From contig OX597814.1 of assembly GCA_951406725.2 (NCBI GenBank), forward strand, positions 4,030,001-4,094,000: a stretch of DNA of 64,000 nt, written 5' to 3'. Both the position numbers and the translations under genes were made by a program. The notes beneath the pieces were generated by a model. It was given only the letters and a program-made list of their open reading frames with translations. It did not search any database and was not told where the DNA came from. Source of the DNA: Octopus vulgaris. Lineage: Eukaryota. This document shows, piece after piece, positions 25,801 to 39,123 of the stretch. Each line of letters opens with the position of its first letter. Positions within the stretch are counted from its first letter, which is position 1.

Positions 25801-25994
25801 CAGTGGTTTTCAACCAGGGTTCCGCCAGTACAGTCCAGGGGTTCTGCAAGAAGTTACAAAACTGCTAAAATCGGCAGTAATTCTCCTGTGCAGATATGTG
25901 TGCATAAGACTATTAAATTATTGCACAGGGGTTCTTCGAGCCAGTGGAATGCTTCCTTGGGGTTCTGCTCCAGCAAAAAGTTTGAAAGGCACTG
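25801..25994. mobile_element. hAT (Charlie/MER5-like) MITE
   Basis: TIRs cagtggttttcaa / ttgaaaggcactg; perfect 8-bp TSD ttgtaggg. Confidence 0.9.
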
Positions 25995-26035
25995 TTGTAG
26001 GGTGTGGCAATGAGTCCTATTGCAGTATTATATAA

Positions 26036-26465
26036 AGGCGAACGAGCTGGTAGAATTGTTAACACGCCGAACGCAGTGCTCAGTGGTATTTTCTTAGCGG
26101 CGAGCTGGCAGAAACGTTAGCACGCCGGGCGAAATGCTTAGCGGTATTTCGTCTGTCGTTACGTTCTGAGTTCAAATTCCGCCGAGGTCGACTTTGCCTT
26201 TCATCCTTTCGGAGTCGATAAATTAAGTACCAGTTACACATTGGGGTCGATGAAATCGACTTAATCTGTTTGTCCCCTCTGTGTTTAGCCCCTTGTGGGT
26301 AATAAAGAAATAGGTATTTCTTCCGGCTCTATGCATTCCGAGTTTAAATTCAGCTCAGGTCAGCTTGACCATTCATTTCTTCGACATCGATAAAACAAAG
26401 AACCAGTCAAGAACTGGGGGTCACAGAAGCGATTTGTCCCCTTCCTTTCAAAACTGCTGGCCTTG
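26036..26465 (+). mobile_element. Young family-B SINE (26097-26312) inserted into an older family-B SINE
   Basis: TSD ggtattt(t)ctt at 26085-95 and 26313-22. Confidence 0.85.
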
Positions 26466-26479
26466 ACTCCTGCAACGAC

Positions 26480-28140
26480 GAACGTTCAAGGTTAAAGCTT
26501 TGATCTCGGTCGCTTATTCTCCTAGTTTCCGACAATCGCTAATCAAATAACCCTGCAGATCTTGGATTACCCTAACCACTGCCTTATAAGAGGATTGTGA
26601 TGGGGAAGATCCTGACGATGAACTCGGTCGATAGTTAGATTTGTCCTACACGTGACCACAGCTGTTTGACGTAGTTCCACAAGTTGGCATAGTTCGGACA
26701 CTGCACGAGGGCATACACGTTTGCGTCGCTTTATGCGCATCACAAGCAATTTCTCCCAACGGCACATCCGTACCTGTGGAGTTTATCTCGAACAAGAAGT
26801 ACTTCTCAGTATCACTAGCAGGCCAGGGTTATCTGGAAGTTATCCGTTGTAGTCTCCTGACCGAAAGTCCTTCGAAACAGGCCACCTACTTCGTCCTAGT
26901 AGACGCCTAAAATTTCTAGAGAAACTTCCACCGAGTGCAGTATTGCCCAATCAGTAAAGCGCGGCTGTGAGCACCTGACGACACTGCAAGTACCAGGCTC
27001 ATAATCTTGGTCTTTACTTGACCCATGGCGGGAAAATGTGTCCTACAAACGGAGAGCTCGCCTGCTCTACGTCCAAGAAAATCTGCAAGTTGTGAAGCAA
27101 GTTCTACATCAGTATCAACGACATGGCGAACTCACCTTCCAGAGGACACGGGAGTAGAAGAACCGCCTGACTAATGGAACGTGCCCCTTCCACGGAAACG
27201 CAGATGCTCCAGTTTAGCCAAGCGAGCATTAGGGCAAGGCACAACGGTAAGTTATTATAGGGGCTATTTAAACATTCAGGAATGGTTTTCTCTGAAGCAA
27301 CTGCTAAGTGAGATTTCAGCTTCTGGTAACCCTCGTCTCAGTTTTTGTCGAGACTGAACCAAAAACCGAGTAGTTTAACCAACTAATCTGTCCAACGACC
27401 CACAGAGCTGTTTGATAGTAGAGACCTGCATCTCAAAGGTGCCGAACAGCCAGCCCCACGACTTGCCTGAACTTACCTTTGCGCCTGTCATCACTTCATC
27501 TTCCTTTAGAATGGCGCCCACTAATTTCACATTTACAGTCTCTGTCATCATTACGGCGACGTCATCTGCGTCTACCGACACAACTCTGCTACATCCCAGC
27601 AGAAAAGGGATTGCCCATAAGAGTTCCACCTTCTGTATCAATGGCGAGAGAACCAGTATGTAGAGCAGGAACAAAAGAGAACAATCCTATTTCTTTCCTA
27701 CCCACAAGGGGCTAAACACAGAGGGGACAAACAAGGACAGACAAAGGGATTAAATCGATTATATAGACCCCAGTGTGTAACTGGTGCTTAATTTATCGAC
27801 CCCGAAAGGATGAAATGCAAAGTCGACCTCGGCGGAATTTGAACTCAGAACGCAGCGGCGGACGAACTATCACAAAGCATTTCGCCCGGCGTGCTAACGA
27901 TTCTGCCAGCTCGACAATCGTGATGAACCAAGTGTGCGATGCAACAAACTTCTGAGAAATGACCGTTGACTGTGACCACCAAACGACAGCATTCGCAGTA
28001 TATTGCTGCGATCTAAACTCTGAAAACGGGTCCGAAACCAGCTGCTTTTAGGACTGCTGCCAAGCATTAGGACCGCTGGCAAGGACCCTATCAGGAAACG
28101 TTCGACTTTTCCAAATTGATCAGGGCCCCACTTACGACGT
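26480..28140 (-). mobile_element. Decayed L1/Tx1-like LINE RT region, interrupted by a family-B SINE (27688-27913)
   Basis: VSVDADDVAV (YADD-like) ...TGAKVSSGKS.GW.FGTF, and a LINL..S..F.DR-like remnant. Confidence 0.65.
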
Positions 28141-28504
28141 TTCCCCTATGATGCATCACATGAGGTGGAGGTTGCCGTAAATGGGAATCGTGCAGTGTTG
28201 TCGTGTACGGTGGTGTTTTAGTGTGTGAACAGAATGGAATGGTGTGGCGGTGTGGGGCGCATCGCGAGGTTTTACGGCTGAGCAGTGGAGTGACGTTGCG
28301 CCGTTGTAGCGAGTGGTGGCGTGAAGTGATTCAGTGGAGTGGATTCAGTTCCAAGTGGTGGAATGGTCATATATATAATAGTGATTGATAGGGGAGGTGG
28401 AGGGGAGGGGATGGAATAGTGGGGTGGGGTGGGGTTTCGTTGAAGGGACAAACACTACTATAACAGGGCCTGACAGGATGAGTCTATAAGGTCAAATCTT
28501 TTAA

Positions 28505-28719
28505 TGGATGGTGATGACGATGACGACGATGACGACGATGATGATGATGGTGGTGGTAGTGGTGGCGGTGGTGATGATGATGATGATGAGGATGATGATG
28601 ATGGTGGTTCTCGTGGTGGTGGTGGTGGTGGTGGTGGTGATAATTTTGACGGTGACGATGATAAAGCTAAGGATAGCGATAGTGAAAATGAGGAAAGAAG
28701 TGATGGAGGAGGAGGAGGA

Positions 28720-28758
<39 letters not shown>

Positions 28759-28808
28759 AAAGAAGAAGAAGATAAATAAGAAAAAGAAGAAAAAGAAGAG
28801 GAAGAGAA

Positions 28809-28839
<31 letters not shown>

Positions 28840-28950
28840 GAGGAGGAGGAGGAGGAAGAGAAGGAAAAGGAAAAATAAGAAAGAAGAGGAGGAGGAGGAA
28901 GAGGAGGTGGTGGTGGTGATGGAAGAGGAGAAGGAGGAGTAGGAGGATGA
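28505..28950. repeat. Compound GAT/GGT/GAA/GAG trinucleotide tract
   Basis: Visible. Confidence 0.95.
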
Positions 28951-29007
28951 ATAACAAATAAAATTAATAGAGGCTGTTGGAGGTGGTGGGGATGAGTAGA
29001 GCAGACG

Positions 29008-29042
<35 letters not shown>

Positions 29043-29139
29043 GAGGGAAATGAAAAAATAAAGGAGAGAGAGAGAGAGAGAGTTGAGGTAGGTATGGCGG
29101 TGAGGGGGGAGGGGGGGCGGGGGCAGAAAGAAGAATCAA

Positions 29140-29420
29140 GCTGAAGGTTTGCGTTAGAAAGTAAAGTGAGCGATGCTGGGAGTGTGGGGGGTGTTGGGGG
29201 TGAGGGCCTTAAATGGAGCACAGAACGGACGTTAGTGACTGGCAGTAGAAGATAAGAGATCTAACGCGAGCTATAGCTTTTTATGAAGGTCTTTCAGTCG
29301 GTCGGCAGCGTTTGATTGGTGAAGGAGACGTCGGTAACTCGTCACAGAGCGCCAAGTCACTTCTTTTGTCCGCCATCATCCATTCTCTTTCGGTTTCACT
29401 TTCGTTTTATACGTTAAATG
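29140..29420. promoter_or_regulatory. Unique island, promoter/enhancer-like
   Basis: tgattggt CCAAT box, gacgtc, YY1-like ccgccatc, GATAAG. Confidence 0.35.
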
Positions 29421-29434
29421 GTAGTTGTTATTGT

Positions 29435-29466
<32 letters not shown>

Positions 29467-30303
29467 TTGTTGGTGGTGGTGGTTTTTGTTTCAGTTTCTG
29501 TGTTTTGGGTGTGAGGCCTTCTGTGTGTGTGTGTGTGTGTGTGATTTTCTGTGTGCGCATATTTGTGGATTTCACTGTCTATATTCACATGTATATATAC
29601 GTATGTGTATGTGTGTGTGTGTGTGTGTATGTGTGTGTAATTATATATATATATATAAATGTATACACATATACACACATATATATTACACATATTATAT
29701 ATATATATTTATATATTCTTGCATGTACATATATATGTATGCGCATATATACATGTATGTGTATCTATATATAAATATATGTACACACACAGATATGTAC
29801 ATACATAGTGTTATGTGTGTGTGTGGGTGTGTGTAATTCTGCTGTGATTAAAACATGCTTGTCTGCCATAGTCGCCTTCCAATATAACCATCGCATTCGC
29901 CACTTTCTTTCTCTCTCTCTTTCTTTCTCTCTCTCTCTTTCTTTCTCTCTCTCTCTCTTTCTTTCTCTCTCACCCTAACATTCTGTTCGTCTACCCCCGC
30001 CCTGTTTTACATTCCAACCTACACACACACACACACACACACACTCACGCACACACACATTCGCACTGTTTCTTTCCCTTGATGTTATTCTCTCACTTCT
30101 TCGCTTTTCTTCCTTTCATTACGTTCCGATTTTCTCTTTCATCCTTAATTCCCTACTTTCTCCTTCAATTACTCTCTCTCTCTTTCTATCTTTCTCTATC
30201 TTTCCTTCTGTATATATGTGTATACGCACGCACATACACACACACACACATATTAACATATGCATAAACACACACATATATATAGATACAGTTGTATATA
30301 TAC

Positions 30304-30354
<51 letters not shown>

Positions 30355-31290
30355 TTTGAATATATGATGTTGATCTCGCTCGTGCGAAGATCGGAAGCGA
30401 GAAACACAGAATGATGAGGTATAATTTTTTTCCAGCTTCCAATAAACACCAAATATCTCTATTTTCAACATCGAGTACTGTTTTTCTCTTCTTATTTACC
30501 TTGATATATACGTGTGTATGCGTGTGTTTGTGGCGTGTGTGTGTGTGCGTCTGTGTGTGAGTGTGTGTGTGTATGTGTGCGTGTGTGCGTGTGTGTGTGT
30601 GTGTGTGAGCGTCTGTGTGTGTGTGTAAATGCTTCCCCAAATAAAACTTCTCTTCGCTTTTGAAGCTCCGACGAAGCCATAAAGGGATACACAAGCACTC
30701 AACTAGGAGCGCATTGTACCTTAGAGCAGAAACAGGCATAAGCTAATGAGCTCCATTGCTTAATTCCTTGTTCCCTTGTCATTTATTCAATTTTTTATTA
30801 CGCTCTGTACTCGTCTAATGTTCCTTTCAGAAGCATATGTATATTGAGATTATTAGTATCGCTAAACCTAAGCAAAATATTGTTTTCAAATTTTAGCCCA
30901 AGGCTAGCACTTTCAGGAAAGCGGGGTGGTGTATGCTGATTACATCAACCCCACTGATCAAAAGATATTCATTTCATCGACACCGAAAGAGATGGAAGGC
31001 AAAGTCGACCTCGGCGGAATTTGAACTCATAGCGTAAAGACGGACAAAATGCTGCTAAGTATTTTGACCGACGTGCTAACAGTTCTGCCAGCTCGCCGTC
31101 TTACCTATGTGAAATATTTGTAAGCCTGCTTCCCAACCACATAGTTCCGGGTTCAGTCCCACTTCGTTACACCTTGGGCAAGTGTTTTCTGCTATAGCCT
31201 CGGCCGACCAAAGCCTTGCGAGTGGATTTGGTAGACGGAAACTGAAGGAAGCTCGTCGTATACACACACACACACACATATATATATATA

Positions 31291-31410
31291 AGATGATCTG
31301 GTTCTTGACTGATGACTGAGGGCTTCGAATGTCCCGTCCTGTGGTTCTTGTGTCGTCTCTGTGGCGTTTCATGTTCTTGTCCATGTCTGTAATTATTTTT
31401 ACTGTTTACC
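31291..31410 (+). mobile_element. Truncated family-3 element (3' part of the rearranged hammerhead) inside the microsatellite of a family-A SINE
   Basis: gatctgg-t-tcttga-CUGAUGA-ctgagggcttcgaatgt, homologous to 37673-37710. Confidence 0.75.
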
Positions 31411-31418
31411 TATATATG

Positions 31419-31496
<78 letters not shown>

Positions 31497-32334
31497 TGTG
31501 TGTGTGTTTGTGTCTGTCTCCTATCACTGCTTGACAGCCAGTGTTTGGTATATTTTTGTCATCCTAAAACTAGCGGTTCAGCAAAAAAGACAAATAAAAT
31601 AAGTACCAGGCTTTAAAAAATAAGTCCTGGGGTCGATTTGTTCGGCTTTCAAGGCTGTGCTCCAGTATGGCCGCAGTCAAATGACTGAAACAAGTAAAAG
31701 ATAAAAGATAAATGATGGAGACAGAGAGGCGGAAGGAGGGAGGGAGAGATAATGATGCAAATAAACAAATATATACGCTTGGGCTTGATATATAAAATAT
31801 ACATCCATATATATACACGTAAAATGTATATAGGGATATATATTAAGAGAGAGATACAAAAACCGAAAATATTCAGATTAACACCCATGTAGAAGTATTT
31901 AGATATTTCTATATTTACAGAACAGATTTACATGGAGTACAAAAAGTACAGAAAACTAAAGGGAGGGAGAGAGAGCATGGTATTGCAGGTCCGACAGCTG
32001 TTTCTGGGGGCTCGGAGTTACGCGACAGTTGTAATGTTGGCAGATGGAGCGTGCACAAAATCTAGAATAACCCAGCAGTGGTGGATACATATAAGCATTA
32101 CCATAAATCCGGTCTCCGTCTACAGTGGGGGGGGGAGATATTTATATATATATATATATGGTCCATCCTGTATCTTTTTCTTGTTCCAGTCATTAGACTA
32201 CGGCCATGCTGGGGCACCGCCTTGAAGAATTTTAGTTGAATCAATCGACCTCAGTATTTTTCTTTTCTTTTCTAAAGCCTGGTATTTACTCTCCTTTGTC
32301 TCTCGGATATGCTAATAGCATTGGCTATTTAATT

Positions 32335-32710
32335 TAGAGTCAATCGTCTGTCATCCATCACCAGTGAACGTGGTCTATGTTTTCCTCAGTGCTGGTAGTT
32401 GCAGGAGATCCAGACCTTGGGTGACCTTCAAAGACTCTTGCTTCCCTTCCTAAATTCAGCAGCCCACTTTCGCATTGTTGATAAAGCTGGAGCGTCATCC
32501 TCTAACGTAGCAACCATATCAGGATGAATGTTCTTGGGTGGGGCTAAACCCTTTTGTTGCAGGCACTTGATAACAGCACGATGCTAAATTTTGTCCGTTC
32601 TCAAGAAAAGTCGCTACTAATTCCTAATTACATTTGAAGTCTTCTTTGAAGAGTCAGATGTCAGTTTACCAAGAAACAATACAGTTATTAATAAGAAGAG
32701 TTGAATTTTT
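32335..32710 (-). mobile_element. Mariner transposase N-terminal remnant
   Basis: Minus strand HRAVIKCLQQKGLAPP..IHPDMVATLEDDAPALSTMRKWAAEFRKG. Confidence 0.75.
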
Positions 32711-32711
32711 G

Positions 32712-33620
32712 TAGAAGCTTCTTGTAACACTGAGCAGCGTCCGAGTTCGAACATCTTTCATTGAGTTCTTGTAATGACCAGTTCCGAAGGCCAAACGTAG
32801 CCGTGGGGACAGGCACTGCAAAGATATTGTGGACCATATGCCAGTTTTAAGCTGTGAGTTCTAACGACCAAATTCTCTTTACTCTCCTGCGGTATTCCTT
32901 CCAGAAACGTTAGCACGCTGGGCGAAATGTTTAGCGGTATTTCGTCTGCCGTTACGTTCTGAGTTCAAATTCCGCCGAGGTTGACTTTGCCTTTCATCCT
33001 TTCGAGGTCGATAAATTAAGTACCAGTTATGTACTGGAGTCCATGTAATCGACTTAATCCGTTTGTTTGTCTCCTCTGTGTTTAGCCCCTTGTGGGTAGT
33101 AAAGAAATAGGTATTTCGTCTGCCGTTACGTTCTGAGTTCAAATTCCACCGAGGTTGACTTTGTCTTTCATCCTTTCGAGGTCGATAAATTAAGTACCAG
33201 TTATGCACTGGGGTCCATGTAATCGACTTAATCCGTTTGTTTGTCTCCTCTGTGTTTAGCCCCTTGTGGGTAGTAAAGAAATAGGTATTCCTTCCTGGCC
33301 CTCGCCGTATTTATGGGGCCATCTTATCTGACATTCTCATCTGGTGCAAGATACCTATAATTGTCACCTGATTGCAGAAGTTGTTTTATCAATCTGTTCA
33401 TTCTTAGGTTTTCACAAGAGCGCACAACTTTTCCACATTTTATTGCCAAAAATACACGTTTGGAATCACTAAATTTCATCCCAAACTTGGTAGAAAATTG
33501 GGTTGTAAGATACAATTGTTTTTATGTGGTGGATATTCGGTCCAAACAGTTTCAAGTCATCCACAAGGAAAAGATGGAAGATTCTTCTGGATCCATTTCC
33601 ATGGTCACATTTCTGTTTTG
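32712..33620 (-). mobile_element. Decayed R4/Dong-like LINE RT region interrupted by a family-B SINE dimer
   Basis: HLFLVDDLKLF, FSTKFGMKF..SK, YRYL..DEN, KEYRRRVKRIWS..HNIFAVPV. Confidence 0.75.
32903..33283 (+). mobile_element. Family-B SINE dimer with 12-bp TSD
   Basis: ggtattccttcc at 32891-32902 and 33284-33295; internal junction aagaaata|ggtatttcgtc. Confidence 0.92.
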
Positions 33621-33695
33621 TGAGCAGGTATGATGGTGGGTTTATTTCTTGCAGGTCGATCGACCGCATTGCGGGTCCCTATCCTTGGTTTGTGC

Positions 33696-33737
<42 letters not shown>

Positions 33738-33823
33738 TGTCTCTATATGGTCACAGCTATCCATTGAGCCAATATACAAGTATAAACACAATATATATTT
33801 CAACTTGTTTTGCTTATATTCAA

Positions 33824-33897
<74 letters not shown>

Positions 33898-34024
33898 ATA
33901 TATATTGGCCTGCTCGCTTAGCCACCGGGGTGGCGTCATTTGAAGGCTAAAAAACAATGCGAAGCGCATTGTGACCAGCGATGTGTAACAACATAGAATA
34001 GCCTGGTCGGTCACGGTGATCACG

Positions 34025-34067
<43 letters not shown>

Positions 34068-34769
34068 GGGCATATACAGATACACACATATATATACATA
34101 CATATATAAATGTGCGTGTGTATGTGTATATATAAAGATATATATATATGTGTGTATATATATGTGTATATATATACATACAAACATATATATATATATG
34201 TGTATGTATATATGTATGTTTGTGTGTGTGTGTGTATAAACCAAAGAAAGGCTGTAATAAAATGTAAATACAGCAGTAAATGATGAAATAAATACAAAAA
34301 TAAATGAAATAAAAAAAAATAGAAGTTTCAATGAGATACAAGGATCAGGGAAAACAAAACAAATGGATGAGGAGGGAAGATGTGGTGGTGGGTGGAGGAA
34401 GAGGGGAGGTGGTGGTGGTGGTGGTAGTGGTGGGAGGAGGAAGAGGGGAGGTGGTGGTCGTCGTGGTGGTGGTGGTGGTGGTGGTGGTGGTGGTGGTGGC
34501 GGTGGCGGCGGCGGCGGTGGTGGTGGTGGTGGTGGCGGCGGCGGTGGTGGTGGTGGTGGTGGTGGTGGTGGTGGTGGTGGTAGTGGTGGTGGTGGTGGTG
34601 GTGGTGGTGGCGGCGGTGGTGGCCGTCGTCGTCGTCGTTGCAACAGAGGCGGTGATGATGGTGGGTTAGGGTTAGGGTGGTGATGGATGAGTGGCGGGTG
34701 TGGGTGGTGTCTGGCTGGTTGAAGGAACAGAGTAAGGTGGGTGAGTGTGTGGTGAGTGAGTGGGTGGTG

Positions 34770-35100
34770 GGCATTCGGTGGATTGTCACAACAGTTTCCG
34801 TTAAGATATGATGTTTATCTCTTGATACATACAACAATCATTGTCTAAGATTGACGGCCATAAATTATGGAAACAGACATGGAGGGAGAGAGGGAGGGGG
34901 GAAGAGATAGAGAGAGAGAGGGGGGGAGGGACAGGACGGGAGGGAGGGAGAGAGAGAGAGAGAGAAGAGTGTGTGACGTACGGACATGCGCACCCTTACA
35001 CTTCCGTCACTATTCACCGTCGTCAGCGAAAACCACACTCTGCTCTGGTTTTCACCTCTTCTTTAATGCTTCTAGCACTTCTGAAAACACGAATGCAAAC
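34770..35100. promoter_or_regulatory. Unique island, putative enhancer
   Basis: Inverted Sox pair aacaat-cattgt, homeodomain palindrome ccataaattatgg, CRE-like tgacgta, ETS cacttccg. Confidence 0.4.
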
Positions 35101-35123
35101 ACTAACGCACACACATACACACA

Positions 35124-35205
<82 letters not shown>

Positions 35206-35272
35206 TGCACACACACACACATACACACACACACACATACACGCAGACACACGCACACACACGCACACACGC

Positions 35273-35303
<31 letters not shown>

Positions 35304-35306
35304 TGC

Positions 35307-35337
<31 letters not shown>

Positions 35338-35765
35338 TGCACACACACACACAAACACAAACACACACGCACACACACACACTTACATGCAAATGTACTT
35401 AGAACATTGATTATGCATCTTGTTATACACACAATTGAATATACTTTCACGTACAGACATACATACACACACTATATATACACATATTTGTTGTATATAT
35501 ACATATATGATTATACATACTCACTCATTGATAATAAATGTACTATGTGTGTGTCTGTGTGTGTATGTGTGTGGTAATAAGCTTGTTTCCCAACCACATG
35601 GTTCTGGGTTCAGTCCCACTGCGTGGCACCTTCGGCAAGTGTCTTTTACCAGAGCCTCGGGCCGACTCTGTGAGTGGATTTGGTAGATGGAAACTGAAAG
35701 AAGCTCGTCGTATATATATATATATACTTATTGGCTAAACTGGCAAAATGACCATTCCGAAATTT

Positions 35766-35819
<54 letters not shown>

Positions 35820-35889
35820 CGGAGTAAACACATAAATGTGAAACAAGCTGGAAAAAAGAGTACTCAAATACCAGTGGTAGAGTAATATG

Positions 35890-36019
35890 CTTTATTTTAA
35901 GCAGCAGAAAATTCAACAAAATCTGTTACTCTGAGTTTCTCGTTGCCGTTTGTCTGATGAACGGCAACGAGAAACTCAGAGTAACAGATTTTGTTGAATT
36001 TTCTGCTGCTTAAAATAAA

Positions 36020-36020
<1 letters not shown>
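35890..36020. repeat. Perfect 61-bp-arm hairpin with a type-I hammerhead (35949-35988, +)
   Basis: Arms are exact reverse complements, 9-nt loop; tgt-CUGAUGA-acg.GCAA.cga-GAAA-ctcagag-UA-aca. Confidence 0.85.
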
Positions 36021-36083
<63 letters not shown>

Positions 36084-36182
36084 CCCCCAAAAAACGGTGA
36101 AAAAAAAACAAGAAAAAAAAACAACGCGAAGACGTGGTACATGCAAAGTATTAGCAGACGCTTAGGAAAGGAAAGAAAGGTG

Positions 36183-36217
36183 GTTTTATGTTTCGAGCAA
36201 AGCTCTTCTTCAGAAAC
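36183..36217 (-). ncRNA. Minimal type-I hammerhead
   Basis: Minus strand gttt-CUGAAGA-a-gagc.ttt.gctc-GAAA-ca-UA-aaac. Confidence 0.7.
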
Positions 36218-36484
36218 AGGAGACAGAGGAAAGTCCAAGAGAAGAAAGGAAGAAGGAGGGAAAAAATTGCCAATGATTTACATGTAGTTACATATATTTG
36301 CTTCGAGCCAAGCTGGTTGAATGACCATGAACGAAGCTGCACAGAAAATTGTACCAGGTTGCTTATGCTCAAACTTTGTGCAGTGGAAACACGTGTAGGT
36401 CGTCGTAACCATAAAAATATGTTCTACGAATTGTAAAATATAAGGAAATAAACTCAATATTCTCTATGCTTGTAATTATTGCAT

Positions 36485-36609
36485 TGGCCGTGCGGTACGT
36501 AGCTTGCTTGTCAACCACATGGTACCGTGTTCAGTCCACTGCGTGGCACCTTGGGCCGACCAAAGCCTTGTGAATGTATTTCGAAGACGGAAACTGAAAG
36601 AACCCCATC

Positions 36610-36683
<74 letters not shown>

Positions 36684-37006
36684 ATGTATTTATGTATGTA
36701 TGTATGTATATATGCATGTGTGTATGTATGTATGCATGTATGTGTGTATGTATGTATGTATATATGCATGTGTATATGATCTTTCTTTTATCCTTTTAAT
36801 TGTTTCTGTCATTTGACTGCGGCCATGCTGGAGCACCGCCTTTAGTAGAAGAAATCGACTCCAGGACTTATTCTTTGTCAGCCTAGTACTTATTCTATCG
36901 GTCTTTTTTGCCGAACCGCTAAGTTACGGGGACGTAGACACACCAACATCGGTTGTCAAACGATGGCGGGAGACAAACACAGACACTCAAACACACACAT
37001 GTGTGT

Positions 37007-37038
<32 letters not shown>

Positions 37039-37200
37039 GATGGGCTTCTTTCAGTGTCCGTTTACCAAATCCACTCACAAGACTTTGGTCGGCCCGAGGT
37101 TATAGTAGAAGATACTTGCCCAAGGTGTCACGCAGTGGGACTGAACCCGGAACCATGTGGTTGGGAATAAAGTTTCTTACCACACAGCCACACCTGCGGC
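36485..37200. mobile_element. Family-A SINE head (+, 36485-36612) and full copy (-, 36785-37200)
   Basis: Homology to the family consensus. Confidence 0.85.
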
Positions 37201-37564
37201 TTATGAATAATCTGTGATTTCTTTGTAAATTCGTTTTACTAAATTGTCTGGAATGTTAAGTCGAATGTGTAGCATCATGTGGATAGAAGACATTGCCTTG
37301 AGTTTGTGCGGTTAAAGAATTTTTCAGTTTTTTCTTTTCTTCTTATCAAAGACAAAGAATCTGTCATTGGGATACGGCAGTGGTTCCCAGCCTTTTCACC
37401 GCCAAGGATCGCTTTTATTTAAATGAATTTTACCACGGACCCCTTTTTAATATGCTTATCCTTGTGTATATATATGTTGTTATTATTATTATCATTATTG
37501 TTTTTACGTATTTTTGTATTCTTATTCGTGTAACATCGTCCGGTTTCCCGTCCTTGTTTTGTAT

Positions 37565-37710
37565 ACATTCGAGGCTTTCTTCCAAGGAATCTAATGCGCT
37601 TTGCTTAGATTTTCCTTTGGGGCTGGCCAGATCGGAGCAATCTCAAGATTAATCAGCCGAAATTGCGAAGATGATCCGGTTCTTGACTGAAGATTGAGGG
37701 CTTCGAATGT
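37565..37710 (+). ncRNA. Candidate rearranged hammerhead, family 3
   Basis: ggctg/cagcc, ccagatc/gatccgg, gcaAUC/GAAAttgc, tcaaga/tcttga-CUGAAGA, closing acattcgaggctttc/gagggcttcgaatgt. Confidence 0.78.
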
Positions 37711-37838
37711 CCCGTCCGTGTTTTTTGTATCGTCTTCTAAATGTTTCACGTTCTTGTCCCAGTTTGTATTTTTTTAAATATATATATATATATATATATG
37801 TATATGTATATATGTATATGTCCCAGTTTGTATTTTTC

Positions 37839-37922
<84 letters not shown>

Positions 37923-38057
37923 TAAATGTTTTGCGTTCTTGTCCCAGTTTGTATTTTTCTACATATAATATATATATATATATATTATATGTAGAAAAAT
38001 AAAAACTGGGACAAGAACGTGAAACATTTAAAAGACGATACAAAAAACACGGACGGG

Positions 38058-38203
38058 ACATTCGAAGCCTTCAATCTTCAGTCAAGAACCGGATCATCTT
38101 CGCAATTTCGGCTGATTAATCTTGAGATTGCTCCGATCTGGGCAGCCCCAAAGGAAAATCTAAGCAAAGCGCATTAGATTCCTTGGAAGAAAGCCTCGAA
38201 TGT
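38058..38203 (-). ncRNA. Candidate rearranged hammerhead, family 3 (inverted twin)
   Basis: Reverse complement of 37565-37710 with a few substitutions. Confidence 0.75.
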
Positions 38204-38577
38204 ATACAAAACAAGGACGGAAAAACGGACGATGTTACACGAATAAGAATACAAAAATACGTAAAAACAATAATGATAATAATAATAACAACATATATAT
38301 ATACAAGGATAAGAATATTAAAAAGGGGTCCGTGGTAAACGGGGTTTGTATGATTGTATATAGAGTATATTAATCAAAGGAACTCCAGCTCTGTTTTTCA
38401 CGTTTTATTTATAATCTTTTAATATTAATATAAAATTTCGAAAAAAATATAGTAAAAATAAATGAAATGAAGCATTGTCTATTCTTATTGAACTCGTATA
38501 CTTTCTCGCATTTATGCAATCTTCAGGTTCATACGATGGTGGTGGTGGCAGTGGTGTTCATTGGTTTCAACTGTGTA

Positions 38578-39123
<546 letters not shown>

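Larger units (their letters stand above)
37428..38339. repeat. ~900-bp fold-back with ~345-bp near-identical inverted arms
   Basis: 37428-37771 is the reverse complement of ~37995-38339; (TA)n-rich spacer. Confidence 0.93.

Noticed and set aside
30664-30712. gctCCGACGAagcc hammerhead-like start
   Set aside because: No stem II/GAAA/NUH arrangement follows.
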